Source: Alphaproteobacteria bacterium (GTDB taxonomy: Bacteria > Pseudomonadota > Alphaproteobacteria > CAAHEQ01 > UBA3637). Taken from it: 64,000 nt of DNA. Positions 40,004-50,361 of the stretch are shown here, piece by piece. The stretch spans positions 141 to 64,140 of the forward strand of contig JAGCYU010000022.1 in NCBI GenBank assembly GCA_017960645.1, given 5' to 3'. The position numbers and the translations under genes were made by a program. A model generated the notes under the pieces. The model had not been told where the DNA came from. It was given only the letters and a program-made list of their open reading frames with translations, and searched no databases. Each line of letters begins with the position of its first letter. The stretch's first letter is position 1.

Positions 40004-43000
40004 TTAATACTTCCACTGCAAACTCATGAAAGCACGATAATCCGGTGCAGCATCAGCACGATGATCCGGATGCAAACGCGTTCCCAGTTCTGTCTGCCAC
40101 AAAACATCCGAGCTGATTTGCTCTTTCAAATATAACGATAAATCCAACTCGCGCGCAGACGGCGACATATCTACCCCATAAGATTTATAATAGAAAATAT
40201 CTTCTGTCGGATGACGCCCCACAGGCAATGACACATGCATTGTTCCGGACCTTACACGCAAAGGAGAAGAAACTTGAAAACCAAGAGCTGAATTGTCCGA
40301 GTGATTATATTCAGCAGTCAAAGCAAACCCGTCGCTCATCATCTTGCCTAACGAAATCAATCCATCACCTTGTTGTGTGTTTGTTTGACCATAATAATAC
40401 ATCGCATCAAAACGTAAATTATCTAATGGGTTAAAGGTAAGACCTGCCCCCACAAAATAAGTCTTTGCCCCTTGGATATTAAAGGCACCCGAAGAAACCA
40501 TACCCAAACTAGAACCATTTTCACGCATGATTCCAGAAGATAACTTCACACCGAACGGTTGCACCGGACGATAGGTCACACTGGTGGTTAAAGCTTGCAT
40601 TGAATTATCTGGCAAATTGGTATTTTTATTCATAGCATCTTCGTCAAAGAAACCATTTTTACCACTTATCCAGCTAGCATCCACAGACCATTTGGAATTA
40701 AACTGCCAACCTGTATTGAGCCCATACGCCTCACGCATTTGAATGAACGGATTGTTTAACTTGCGTGTAATATATGAACCAAATGACTTTTGCGTGTTTT
40801 CGCTGTAGAACATGCCAAAGGTTGCTTTATCCACCTTAGCCTGAATTTTCATCAAGCCAAACCCAACCGGACTTGATTGCGTACTGGTTCTGGATAAATA
40901 CGACATGCTGAAATTTTCGGACGGATTGGCCACAATTTCATCACGTCCTGCAACGAAAGCTTTAAAGTCAGACAAAGATTTTGCACGGCGTTTATCAGTT
41001 ACCTTAAACAACATTGAAGTAGGCAATTCAAACGGCCGATCATACATATCAAATGCCGTAAAGGAAGACGGTAAAGAAGCACTCAGTCCTACCGACATGG
41101 CCGATGTAGAAAGCAAACTGGTAGAAAGCGCAGTCACATTCGTATTGGCATTTAATCTTTTAACCCATAGACCTTCCATCCCCCCAACCGGAGAAGTTGC
41201 CGCATCTAAATCAATCAATCCGCGTCCGAAAATTGAATTATACTTTTCCACTTTCGGATTAGAATTATTCATATCCAAAATCAACTCCGTTTCCTGATAA
41301 ACTCCTGCACTGGTAAACGTCACATCTCCCACAGTGTGAGAATAAGCTGTCTCATAAGCCTCAATCTGTTCTTCCGTTGGTTCAATATAATGTGCTGTTT
41401 CAAACAAAATCTCTACAACCTGTTGAGAAGTTAAATGAGGATACGCCCCCTTTAATAAAGCTACTGCCCCTGCTACAACCGCCGCTGCATTTGACGTAGA
41501 ATCATTAGACATAAGCGTTGAACTTGAGGATGCAGGAGCCCCGGACAAACTGCCTGGAGCAACCAAACAATAACTGGCTGAAATACCACAAGGTTGAGCA
41601 TATGATGCTAAATCCGCATTATCCCCGTCCACATTTGTTACAGCAGAGACCGTAATAAACAAGTTCTTTAATACATTATTATCATCTAAGATAGGTAAAG
41701 CCCCGCCAGTTTCATCCTCTGACTCATGTGCTGCAATCCAAGAAGGCTTAGATGTATTAAACTCATTTAACAAAGGAATCACAGCATCTAAAGTGGGCTG
41801 GGAATGCGATATAGTCACAGAACCCGGCGTTGATATATTCGTCGCACTGGACCCTGTTGGTGTAATATAAATAATCGAATTACTGGCTAACGCTTTAAAA
41901 GCATTCAATGTATCTGTTCCAAAATAATTAGCTACAGCCCCTGGGATATATTCTGTCGTTTCCCCTACTCTGCTATAAGCACCGATTGCGTCATCTACTA
42001 CTAATGTTCCACCTACAATAGAAGTGGAACCTGTAAGCGTATTACTGGGATAACGTGTTTGTAACGTTCTATCATTCAAAATAATATCTGATGATGGAAT
42101 AATAGCATTAAAAGTCTTTGATTGTAATGGATACCATAAATCAGTAATAACAGGCAAAATTGCCGCATTATATGCAACGCCATGCATACTATCAGCACCT
42201 AAATCTTGATACAACGATGCAACAATTGAAGCTAAAAGTGTCCCTGCATTTCTGGCAGTAGCACTGGTCGTAATTGTATAGTGCGGAGATGGATCATTTA
42301 AATCATACACATAGTTTGCATCATATTCATATGTATCTGCTAATGCTTTCAAATCGTTCCCTGTATAGCAAGCAAAATATTCGGCATCATCCCCAGTTGG
42401 CGCTTCACTATGCAATCCCGCCGGCTGAGCCGTTGTTTTGCTGAACCACAAATATTGAAAATTACTATCTGATCCATAAAAACCAAAAGCGTTAGTTTTA
42501 TTTAAATCCTTTGGGGCCCAACAATTGGTGGTCACCCCTGTGGGACACATACCATAATCATAATTAAAACCAAATGGTTGATTGTCTTTTAAAGCAAAGG
42601 ACGTATCTAAACCTACCCCCCCATCTCTTTCTGTACTGACGTCTGATATCGTACGATTCACCATTATCTCTGTTTCAGATTTGTGATAAGACTGTCCTGT
42701 TCTTGCTTCTGCGACCTCATAAAAATGAGGATTCACGTCTGTCCAATCCCATACTGGCAGATATGAGGTAATTTCTTCAGTAGATCCCCCCACATTATCA
42801 GTATTGGTAACCATACGATAACCACCATTTCCTATCGTAGTGCCGCTAGACAATATCGCAACAGTCACTTTTTCATTAGTAACAGAAGCAGGATATTCCC
42901 CATTCAAAACATCTTGATAACTGGTTTGACCATACGTTAAGCGTCCTGCATTATCACTACGACTTACAATATAGCCCGTATAACCCCGTGCATAAGCATA

Positions 43001-43906
43001 CGCTACATTAATTAAATCAAAAGCGCTTGCGTTCACCGCATAACCCGCGCCATTTCTAACACGTGCCACCCCCTCTTCCAACTCACTTTCCGTTGCGGCA
43101 ATAGGCGGCGGAGCCACCTGCCAACAGGAAGCATCGGATGAATCACGATAATAATACTCAGAATCCATAATTTCTTGGTCAATACAAGTGCTTCCCAACC
43201 AACAGGTATCACAACTCATACATTTGCTGCCTTGCCAACGCTGCTCTGCAGAACATGTAGGTGAACCACCACCGCCACCGCTGCCGATTAACAATGCGGC
43301 AACTCCTCCGGCTGTAGCAATTCCCAAAGTGGTATAACCAACCAAATCCCAATTAATTTCAATAGGTTTACAGCTTAACTTATCACGCACAGATTGCGGC
43401 ACTCTACGCATACAGGCTTGTGCTTCCTGCGCCCCTGCTCTCAATAACGTTTGAATTGCCTTACAATTTTGAGCATACACAGCCTTACATAACGCAGAAT
43501 TGCCATCCTCACTATCAACAACATCGACTTGAACATCTATTTTTTCCCATGCAACTAACTGGTCTAAATCCCCATCCGACGCAGCATCATAAATCATATC
43601 AACAGTTACAACTGGAATTTTTTTCAAGCACTCCGGCCGACTATCCGCTCCTGCGGCACGAAGTGTCGTAATTGCGCGACGTTGCTGCATCCAAATAGCT
43701 TGACAATATGCTGTATTCCCATGCACATCCAAGGCATCCAAAGAATAACCCATTTTTTTTAAATGCTCTAATTGCGCCACGTTGCCTTGAACAGCATACT
43801 GATAAATCAAATCACGTACGGAAGTAGGTGTCTGCGCAACAACGGGTGTAGCTAATGCCAACCAAAAAAGCATAGCAAAAAGAGCAATAAATTTCATCTT
43901 TTTCAA
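40004..43906 (-). CDS. Ankyrin + degenerate S8 subtilase + C-terminal beta-barrel protein
   Basis: Signal peptide; two ankyrin modules; S8-like core with Asp/His/Asn positions replaced; amphipathic strands ending WKY. Confidence 0.8.
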   Translation of the reverse strand: MKKMKFIALFAMLFWLALATPVVAQTPTSVRDLIYQYAVQGNVAQLEHLKKMGYSLDALDVHGNTAYCQAIWMQQRRAITTLRAAGADSRPECLKKIPVVTVDMIYDAASDGDLDQLVAWEKIDVQVDVVDSEDGNSALCKAVYAQNCKAIQTLLRAGAQEAQACMRRVPQSVRDKLSCKPIEINWDLVGYTTLGIATAGGVAALLIGSGGGGGSPTCSAEQRWQGSKCMSCDTCWLGSTCIDQEIMDSEYYYRDSSDASCWQVAPPPIAATESELEEGVARVRNGAGYAVNASAFDLINVAYAYARGYTGYIVSRSDNAGRLTYGQTSYQDVLNGEYPASVTNEKVTVAILSSGTTIGNGGYRMVTNTDNVGGSTEEITSYLPVWDWTDVNPHFYEVAEARTGQSYHKSETEIMVNRTISDVSTERDGGVGLDTSFALKDNQPFGFNYDYGMCPTGVTTNCWAPKDLNKTNAFGFYGSDSNFQYLWFSKTTAQPAGLHSEAPTGDDAEYFACYTGNDLKALADTYEYDANYVYDLNDPSPHYTITTSATARNAGTLLASIVASLYQDLGADSMHGVAYNAAILPVITDLWYPLQSKTFNAIIPSSDIILNDRTLQTRYPSNTLTGSTSIVGGTLVVDDAIGAYSRVGETTEYIPGAVANYFGTDTLNAFKALASNSIIYITPTGSSATNISTPGSVTISHSQPTLDAVIPLLNEFNTSKPSWIAAHESEDETGGALPILDDNNVLKNLFITVSAVTNVDGDNADLASYAQPCGISASYCLVAPGSLSGAPASSSSTLMSNDSTSNAAAVVAGAVALLKGAYPHLTSQQVVEILFETAHYIEPTEEQIEAYETAYSHTVGDVTFTSAGVYQETELILDMNNSNPKVEKYNSIFGRGLIDLDAATSPVGGMEGLWVKRLNANTNVTALSTSLLSTSAMSVGLSASLPSSFTAFDMYDRPFELPTSMLFKVTDKRRAKSLSDFKAFVAGRDEIVANPSENFSMSYLSRTSTQSSPVGFGLMKIQAKVDKATFGMFYSENTQKSFGSYITRKLNNPFIQMREAYGLNTGWQFNSKWSVDASWISGKNGFFDEDAMNKNTNLPDNSMQALTTSVTYRPVQPFGVKLSSGIMRENGSSLGMVSSGAFNIQGAKTYFVGAGLTFNPLDNLRFDAMYYYGQTNTQQGDGLISLGKMMSDGFALTAEYNHSDNSALGFQVSSPLRVRSGTMHVSLPVGRHPTEDIFYYKSYGVDMSPSARELDLSLYLKEQISSDVLWQTELGTRLHPDHRADAAPDYRAFMSLQWKY

Positions 43907-43998
43907 CTAGTTATCCCTTTTTATATTCTCATCGTCTTAGGGTATCCTAGCACATTCCAAGACCAAAAACAAGATAAAAAATAGTTTTGAGCGTTTTT

Positions 43999-46900
43999 TT
44001 ATATTTCAATTTTAACAGAAATTAAACCACGGTAGTCAGGTGCCGCTCCTGCTTGATGATCAGGATTAAACCGAACACCCAATTCTGTTTGTACAGAAAC
44101 CGCATCTGTTAACCTGTTAGTATAATAACTACTTAAATCATACTCTCTGGCCGAAGGTTTTAAATCTGCGCGCGCAACGGAACGATACATTACATCTTCA
44201 TACGAATCCCTAGCCACAGGCAAATTTATTTCAGCAATTCCAGAACGAATACGCATAGGAGAAATCAATGCCACCCCATAAGAATGCCGTTCATCCGGCG
44301 TATACATTGCGTTAAATGCAAAACTTTCCGCCGTTATATTGGACATTTTAATTAACGCACTTTGATCAGAGTTATGTGCCATACCGTAATAATACATACC
44401 CTCTATTTGGAATTTATTGCTTAAACGCCACGTAGCACCAGCTCCAAAGAAAGTCGTCCGTGTATTACCAGACTTAAACGCACCTGTGCCCCATAATCCC
44501 AATGTGGAAGCACGTTCATCTGTCAAACCAGAAACAAGTTTAAATGCTACATTTTCTAGCCCAGACCAAGTTAAAGTCGTTTGCAATACGTTCACACGAT
44601 TAGCATCCATATCGTTCCAATCATCTTCATCCACAAAAGCATTTTTGCCTGTCGCCCACATCGTATCCACACGCCAATTTTTTGCAAAATTATAAGAACC
44701 GTTCATTCCCCAAGCTTCTTTCATTTTCGTAAATGGATTGTTCAAGGTTCGTCCCATATAAGTTCCACCATTATTTTCTGTGTTTTCATTATAAAATGCC
44801 CCAAATGTTAATTCATCGGATAACGCCATGGCCACATCAACAAAACCATACTTCATCTCTGAAGAACGATGATCTTCGTGACGTTCAGACCACGCCATCG
44901 TAAAACGATCTGTTGCCACAACTTGGTGTTCATCCCCAGCCATCAATGATTTAAAACGATTTTTCAATTGATTTTCATGTTTAACCGTTTTAATTAAAGT
45001 GGCAGTTGGCACAGCAAACGCACGTTGATATTTATCCAACACAACGATATTTTGAGGCAATTTTGCTGTCATACCTTGTAACACAGTTGGAATAGTAATT
45101 TTTGAAGAAGCAGTGCTAATACTTGCACCAGAAGCCACTGTACTCATCGCCATAACCGTTTGTCCAACTGGCTTTGTGGCCGCATCTAAATCGACTAATC
45201 CATATCCATAAATCTCATCCACACCTTCTTCACCCAAATCTTGAGCCGTCTCAAACAAAATCTGAACAACCTGTTGATTTGTTAAATGCGGAAACGCCCC
45301 TTTAATAACCGCCAATGCACCAGATACAAGTGGAGCAGAAGCTGAAGTTCCACTTCCAATCATACCATTTACAGAAAGAAGATTTTCTCCTGGAGCAGCA
45401 ATACACCAATCTTTGTTCTGACCACATATAGCAGAAAAGTCCGAAAGTTTATTATCTGCATCAACGGACACTACTGCGACAACTAAATTTGTTAAATCAT
45501 GATCACTTCCTCTTGAAAATTCCTCAAGAGCAGGAGCAGCAGCTAAAATAGAAGACTCATATCGCCATTCATATGGATTGTTTTCATCAACATCATGCCC
45601 CTCTTCATCCCCTTCATTACCCGCAGCAAATACCATTATTTTATTATGATTAGCCGCAACTTCATAAGCATGCTTCCATTCTGGATGAACAACAAAATTC
45701 GTAGCCAAATTTTTGGCCAGCGTATCGGAACCATCTTTCAATCCTGCCAAAGCCACAGGAGAAGTAGGAGCTAACGATAAGTTAATAATGTCCGCACCAA
45801 ATTCAACAGCGTCACTAATATACTCTAATGTTTCACCAGCGGGAAAATCTATTGCAACAGGTATCCACGCTGCATCAAAAGCGACTCCATGGAAATTGCC
45901 TGAGCCATCGCGTGCGCCAACAGCAAGACCTGCCACATAGCTTCCATGCATCATATTTAAGTTTTCCTTTATAACAAACTGCCCCGAACTTTCTAAGTTT
46001 GCAAGCGCACTAGCACTGATAAGTTGATAACCCGTTGTTGTTTTTTGGGCGCAAAACAATCGATCTTTAGTACAATAATAAACGGATTGATTCTGTGAAG
46101 GATCACCCGGCGTATATACCCAACCCACTGCCAAATCATCAACGCTAAATGTGGGATTCTCGTCTCGCTGATATATATGCTGACTCCATTGAATAGAATC
46201 ATTCACTAAAAAGCCATATAATCCATCTGGAGACATCATCATGGCAATATCCGGCGCAGGAAGTGGATTGTGCGCATCATAAGTATAAAAATCTTGGCCC
46301 CCTAAATTAAACGTTGTATTGTATCTGTATTTTTCCCATTCATCCAAATCCACCCACCTTTGTGTACCATATTCTTGATAAATAAGGATCGATTCCTGAC
46401 CGCCATGAACCGTTATGGATCCTTCTTTCCAACAGTCGGCATCTCCACTATTTTTACATGCGCCATAAATTCTGCTTATTACTGGTGGGGAAAATTGACC
46501 ATTAGCATCAAACAAAGAACTGGCAAGATTACTTTGAAGCTTGGTATTGTTAATAAAAAAACCGTTATCTAAAATTGCTATATTTACTTTTTCATCTGTA
46601 ATAGCATTTTCCCCAGATTCTATTAATTGTCCGGACTCATTCCGATTAACTTTATACCCTGTGTATCCACGAGCATAAGCCCAAGAAGCGTTAAGAGAAG
46701 GTAAGAAGCTATTTGTATAAATATCTTCACCATTTTTGTCCTCACCCATTTTTACTTTTGCAAAATAGGATACTGTCTCGTATTGTGAAACATCATCCTG
46801 ATCCGCTTGATAGGGTGAATCTGGAATTATAATAGGGGTATCACCTGAACTGGAACCACTACCGGAGTCATCACCACTATCATCATCGGATCCACTACCC

Positions 46901-47379
46901 GAACCACTACTACTGCCACCGCCGCCACCACCACCAGAGAAAGCTAAGGCCCCCAATGCAACGGCTCCCAAACCAACTTCACCAGAATAAACAAGGGTAT
47001 CGGCAATAATTGCCCCTGCACCAGGAGTTACTTGAGCATCTGCCATTGTTCCTGTATAATACGTTCCCAGTTTTGGTTGACCAGCATAAAATTCATTTGC
47101 AACTTGTGGTGACATATTTTTCATGCAAAGAGCATACAACGCCGCCCCTTGTGTCAATAACATTTCATAGCCCTGATAATCCTTGGAATAAACCGTTTCA
47201 CACAAAGGAGTCATACCATTTGCCGTAGCATTAATATCATAACCAGCAGACACTAATTTTTTTAATTGAGTCAAATCACGTGCCCGCACAGCACTCATGA
47301 TACTGTCATAATCCTGAATCCCGGCCAAAGCTGTACTGGCATAACACAATAGGGCAATACCTACAACTCGACAACGCAT
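43999..47379 (-). CDS. Ankyrin + S8 subtilase + C-terminal beta-barrel protein
   Basis: RBS AAGGAG, ATG 47379; AILDNG, HGSYVAG, AAGN, GTSASAP; barrel homologous to neighbour. Confidence 0.85.
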   Translation of the reverse strand: MRCRVVGIALLCYASTALAGIQDYDSIMSAVRARDLTQLKKLVSAGYDINATANGMTPLCETVYSKDYQGYEMLLTQGAALYALCMKNMSPQVANEFYAGQPKLGTYYTGTMADAQVTPGAGAIIADTLVYSGEVGLGAVALGALAFSGGGGGGGSSSGSGSGSDDDSGDDSGSGSSSGDTPIIIPDSPYQADQDDVSQYETVSYFAKVKMGEDKNGEDIYTNSFLPSLNASWAYARGYTGYKVNRNESGQLIESGENAITDEKVNIAILDNGFFINNTKLQSNLASSLFDANGQFSPPVISRIYGACKNSGDADCWKEGSITVHGGQESILIYQEYGTQRWVDLDEWEKYRYNTTFNLGGQDFYTYDAHNPLPAPDIAMMMSPDGLYGFLVNDSIQWSQHIYQRDENPTFSVDDLAVGWVYTPGDPSQNQSVYYCTKDRLFCAQKTTTGYQLISASALANLESSGQFVIKENLNMMHGSYVAGLAVGARDGSGNFHGVAFDAAWIPVAIDFPAGETLEYISDAVEFGADIINLSLAPTSPVALAGLKDGSDTLAKNLATNFVVHPEWKHAYEVAANHNKIMVFAAGNEGDEEGHDVDENNPYEWRYESSILAAAPALEEFSRGSDHDLTNLVVAVVSVDADNKLSDFSAICGQNKDWCIAAPGENLLSVNGMIGSGTSASAPLVSGALAVIKGAFPHLTNQQVVQILFETAQDLGEEGVDEIYGYGLVDLDAATKPVGQTVMAMSTVASGASISTASSKITIPTVLQGMTAKLPQNIVVLDKYQRAFAVPTATLIKTVKHENQLKNRFKSLMAGDEHQVVATDRFTMAWSERHEDHRSSEMKYGFVDVAMALSDELTFGAFYNENTENNGGTYMGRTLNNPFTKMKEAWGMNGSYNFAKNWRVDTMWATGKNAFVDEDDWNDMDANRVNVLQTTLTWSGLENVAFKLVSGLTDERASTLGLWGTGAFKSGNTRTTFFGAGATWRLSNKFQIEGMYYYGMAHNSDQSALIKMSNITAESFAFNAMYTPDERHSYGVALISPMRIRSGIAEINLPVARDSYEDVMYRSVARADLKPSAREYDLSSYYTNRLTDAVSVQTELGVRFNPDHQAGAAPDYRGLISVKIEI

Positions 47380-47454
47380 CTTCACTCCTTTTCTGGAATC
47401 AACCACAAAGTAAACATACCTTAATAATCAGTCTGTGTCAACAATCTTTTTTAA

Positions 47455-48006
47455 TCAAACCAGCGACAAAGGATATTCCTCGGCAACAGTGTAATATTTA
47501 CCTTCCCCATTTTCCCTAGCATGACTGATAAACAAAACAAAATGATCGACCAAAAATTCATCAGAATGGAATAAATTATTTTTAGCAACATAATCCAATA
47601 CAGCAGAGAGAGGAGTTCCTTGCAATCGCGCCAAAGTCATATGTGGATGAAACTTAAATTTATCCTGAAAATTAAGTTGTAATTTTTTAACAATATTTGA
47701 TATTTTTTCTTGCAATTCTCCCAATGCTTTATTTTCGGCAACACCAACCCATAAATGGTGAGGCAAATCCCCTTTTGTAAAATACCCTATTTCCTTGAAC
47801 GACAAATGAAATGCGGGAAAACGCACATACTGTAGTTCTTGGCGTAATTCTTCAGCTTGGGGTTCCTCTATATTTCCAACAAAAGCCAATGTTAAATGCA
47901 GTTTTTCCGGCTCTTTCCACAAAGCCCCTGCTAAATTTCTATCTAAATCCAGTACTTGCTTTTTGATATTATCCGGTATTTTAAGACCTACAAACAGCCG
48001 TATCAT
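47455..48006 (-). CDS. thpR: RNA 2',3'-cyclic phosphodiesterase (2H family)
   Basis: MIRLFVG; two HxT motifs (HLTL, HMTL). Confidence 0.9.
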   Translation of the reverse strand: MIRLFVGLKIPDNIKKQVLDLDRNLAGALWKEPEKLHLTLAFVGNIEEPQAEELRQELQYVRFPAFHLSFKEIGYFTKGDLPHHLWVGVAENKALGELQEKISNIVKKLQLNFQDKFKFHPHMTLARLQGTPLSAVLDYVAKNNLFHSDEFLVDHFVLFISHARENGEGKYYTVAEEYPLSLV

Positions 48007-48072
48007 GAAAAACTCCTTTGCAAAAATCGATTTTTAGTATATAATAGAAGAAATTAAATTGAAAGAAAAAAA

Positions 48073-48597
48073 ATGACGAAATTGACAATTTATGAAATAC
48101 CAGAACCCGTTTTACGGCAAAAAGCTGAGCCTGTAGAAAATGTGGATTCAACTATTGCTAAGACATTGGCGGACATGTTGGAAACAATGTATGCAGGCCA
48201 CGGCGTTGGCCTAGCCGGCAATCAAGTGGGATTGTTACAACGACTGGTTGTTGTAGATTGCGCGGGGGAAGATGAAAAACCAAATCCGATCAAACTTGTC
48301 AACCCTCGCATTATTGCACACTCTGAGGACAAAGTTTGCCATAACGAAGGCTGTTTATCCATTCCAAAAGAATATGCGGATGTGGACAGATATGAAACGG
48401 TTATTGTTGCTTATCAAGACGAATATGGTCAAAACCAACAAATCGCGGCGGACGGCCTGTTAGCCGTCGCTTTGCAACACGAAATTGATCATTTAGATGG
48501 TATTTTATTTATTGATTATTTATCAAAATTAAAACGCGATAAATTATTACGGCATTTAGAAAAAAAACGGCGTCAAAAAATGGAGGAAGAACAATGA
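48073..48597 (+). CDS. def: Peptide deformylase
   Basis: GVGLA, EGCLS, QHEIDHLDG. Confidence 0.97.
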   Translation: MTKLTIYEIPEPVLRQKAEPVENVDSTIAKTLADMLETMYAGHGVGLAGNQVGLLQRLVVVDCAGEDEKPNPIKLVNPRIIAHSEDKVCHNEGCLSIPKEYADVDRYETVIVAYQDEYGQNQQIAADGLLAVALQHEIDHLDGILFIDYLSKLKRDKLLRHLEKKRRQKMEEEQ

Positions 48598-49544
48598 AAA
48601 TTGTTTTCATGGGAACTCCGGATTTTGCAGTACCTGCTTTACAAAAACTGATAGATTCCGGTCATCAAATTGTGGCAGTTTATACCAAAGAGCCTAAACC
48701 GGCGGGTCAACATCTATGTATGAAATACAGTCCTGTTTATCAATTAGCAGAAAAGAATAACTTACCCATTTACACACCCAAAACTTTTAAAAATCCCGAA
48801 GCTGTGGAAGCATTTCAAAACTTAGATGCAGATTTAGGCGTTGTTTGTGCCTATGGTTTAATTTTGCCACAAGTTATTTTAGACGCTCCAAAAATGGGAT
48901 GTTGGAATATTCATGCTTCTTTACTACCTCGTTGGCGAGGAGCGGCCCCTATTCAAAGAGCTATTGAAGCAGGCGATATCCAAACAGGAATTACTATTAT
49001 GAAAATGGATGCAGGAATAGATACTGGGGACATTTTATCCCAAGAAAAAGTTGATATTACGCCCAACATGACTGGCGGGCAATTACATGATATTTTATCA
49101 ACTATGGGTGCAGATCTGTTGTTACAAACAATTGAAGCACAACCCGCCCCCATAAAGCAACCAGAGGAAGGAATATATGCAAAAAAACTGTCCGATGAAG
49201 ATATGTTTTTAGATTGGAACATGTCCGCAGATCAAGTCTGCAATGCCATTCGTGCCTTTGCGCCATACCCTGGAAAACGTGTTTATTTAGATAAAATTGA
49301 TTCTCAAAATCAAATTAAAATTTATTGTGTAGAAGTGGTTGATATTTCTCATAACACGAAACCAGGAACAGCAATAGATGATAAATTGTTGATTGCCTGT
49401 GGCAAAAATGCGGTCCGCATTCAAGAATTGCAACGCTCGGGGAAAGCCAAGCAATCGGCACATGATTTTTTAAACGGAACTGTTGTGGCTAAAGGAACTT
49501 ATTTGCTGGGCTTAGACGCCATTAAAATTCCTAAAACACCATAA
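48594..49544 (+). CDS. fmt: Methionyl-tRNA formyltransferase
   Basis: FMGTPDFA, NIHASLLPRWRGAAP. Confidence 0.97.
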   Translation: MKIVFMGTPDFAVPALQKLIDSGHQIVAVYTKEPKPAGQHLCMKYSPVYQLAEKNNLPIYTPKTFKNPEAVEAFQNLDADLGVVCAYGLILPQVILDAPKMGCWNIHASLLPRWRGAAPIQRAIEAGDIQTGITIMKMDAGIDTGDILSQEKVDITPNMTGGQLHDILSTMGADLLLQTIEAQPAPIKQPEEGIYAKKLSDEDMFLDWNMSADQVCNAIRAFAPYPGKRVYLDKIDSQNQIKIYCVEVVDISHNTKPGTAIDDKLLIACGKNAVRIQELQRSGKAKQSAHDFLNGTVVAKGTYLLGLDAIKIPKTP

Positions 49545-49554
49545 AAGGAAAACA

Positions 49555-50292
49555 ATGCGCTATAAATTGCTTTTAGAATATGATGGGACACCATTTATTG
49601 GATGGCAAAAACAAGCTGGAAATTTATCCGTTCAAGGCGTATTGGAAACGGCCTTAAAGACCGCCCTGCGTGAAACAATTATCGTTTGGGGAAGTGGCCG
49701 CACAGATGCAGGCGTTCATGCCTTGGGACAAGTTGCCCATTTTGAAACAGAACAAAGTATAGACACCTATAAATTATTTGAATCATTAAATGCACTGGTA
49801 CGCCCCTATCCTATTGTTATCCGTGCCATAGAACAAACTGCAGACACTTTTCATGCACGCTTTAGTGCCAAACAACGCAGCTATGTTTATAAAATTCAAA
49901 ATACACCTTATCCGGCCGTTGCTTTAACGAATTTAAGAGCATGGTGGATACGCACACCCTTGGATATAGATAAAATGCAACAAGCCGCAAACTTGCTGTT
50001 GGGAAAACATGATTTTTCAACTTTTAGGGCCAGCGAATGCCAAGCTAAAAGCCCTGTTAAAACTTTGGACACATGCGAGATCAAAAAAAATGGAGAAAAT
50101 GTGGAAATATGGGTATCTGCAAAATCTTTTTTGCATCACCAAGTCCGTAACATTGCCGGCGCTTTGGTGCGTGTAGGTACAGACAAATGGTCCGTCCAAG
50201 ATTTTAAAAAAGCATTTGAAGCATGCGACAGGACAAAAGGCGCAGAAACCGCCCCCGCACATGGCCTATACTTTGTGCAAGTGAAGTATTAA
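49555..50292 (+). CDS. truA: tRNA pseudouridine synthase A
   Basis: YDGT, GRTDAGVHA, FHARF, FLHHQVR. Confidence 0.97.
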   Translation: MRYKLLLEYDGTPFIGWQKQAGNLSVQGVLETALKTALRETIIVWGSGRTDAGVHALGQVAHFETEQSIDTYKLFESLNALVRPYPIVIRAIEQTADTFHARFSAKQRSYVYKIQNTPYPAVALTNLRAWWIRTPLDIDKMQQAANLLLGKHDFSTFRASECQAKSPVKTLDTCEIKKNGENVEIWVSAKSFLHHQVRNIAGALVRVGTDKWSVQDFKKAFEACDRTKGAETAPAHGLYFVQVKY

Positions 50293-50361
50293 ATTCCGGA
50301 TGATTTTGATTGATTTTTGGCGTGTTTTGCACTATATTTTTCCAAAACAGAAAGGAAGCTT

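Noticed and set aside
46856-46936. Low-complexity repeat (CCACCA/CCACTA units)
   Set aside because: Encodes the Gly/Ser/Asp linker of the subtilase; not an independent DNA element.
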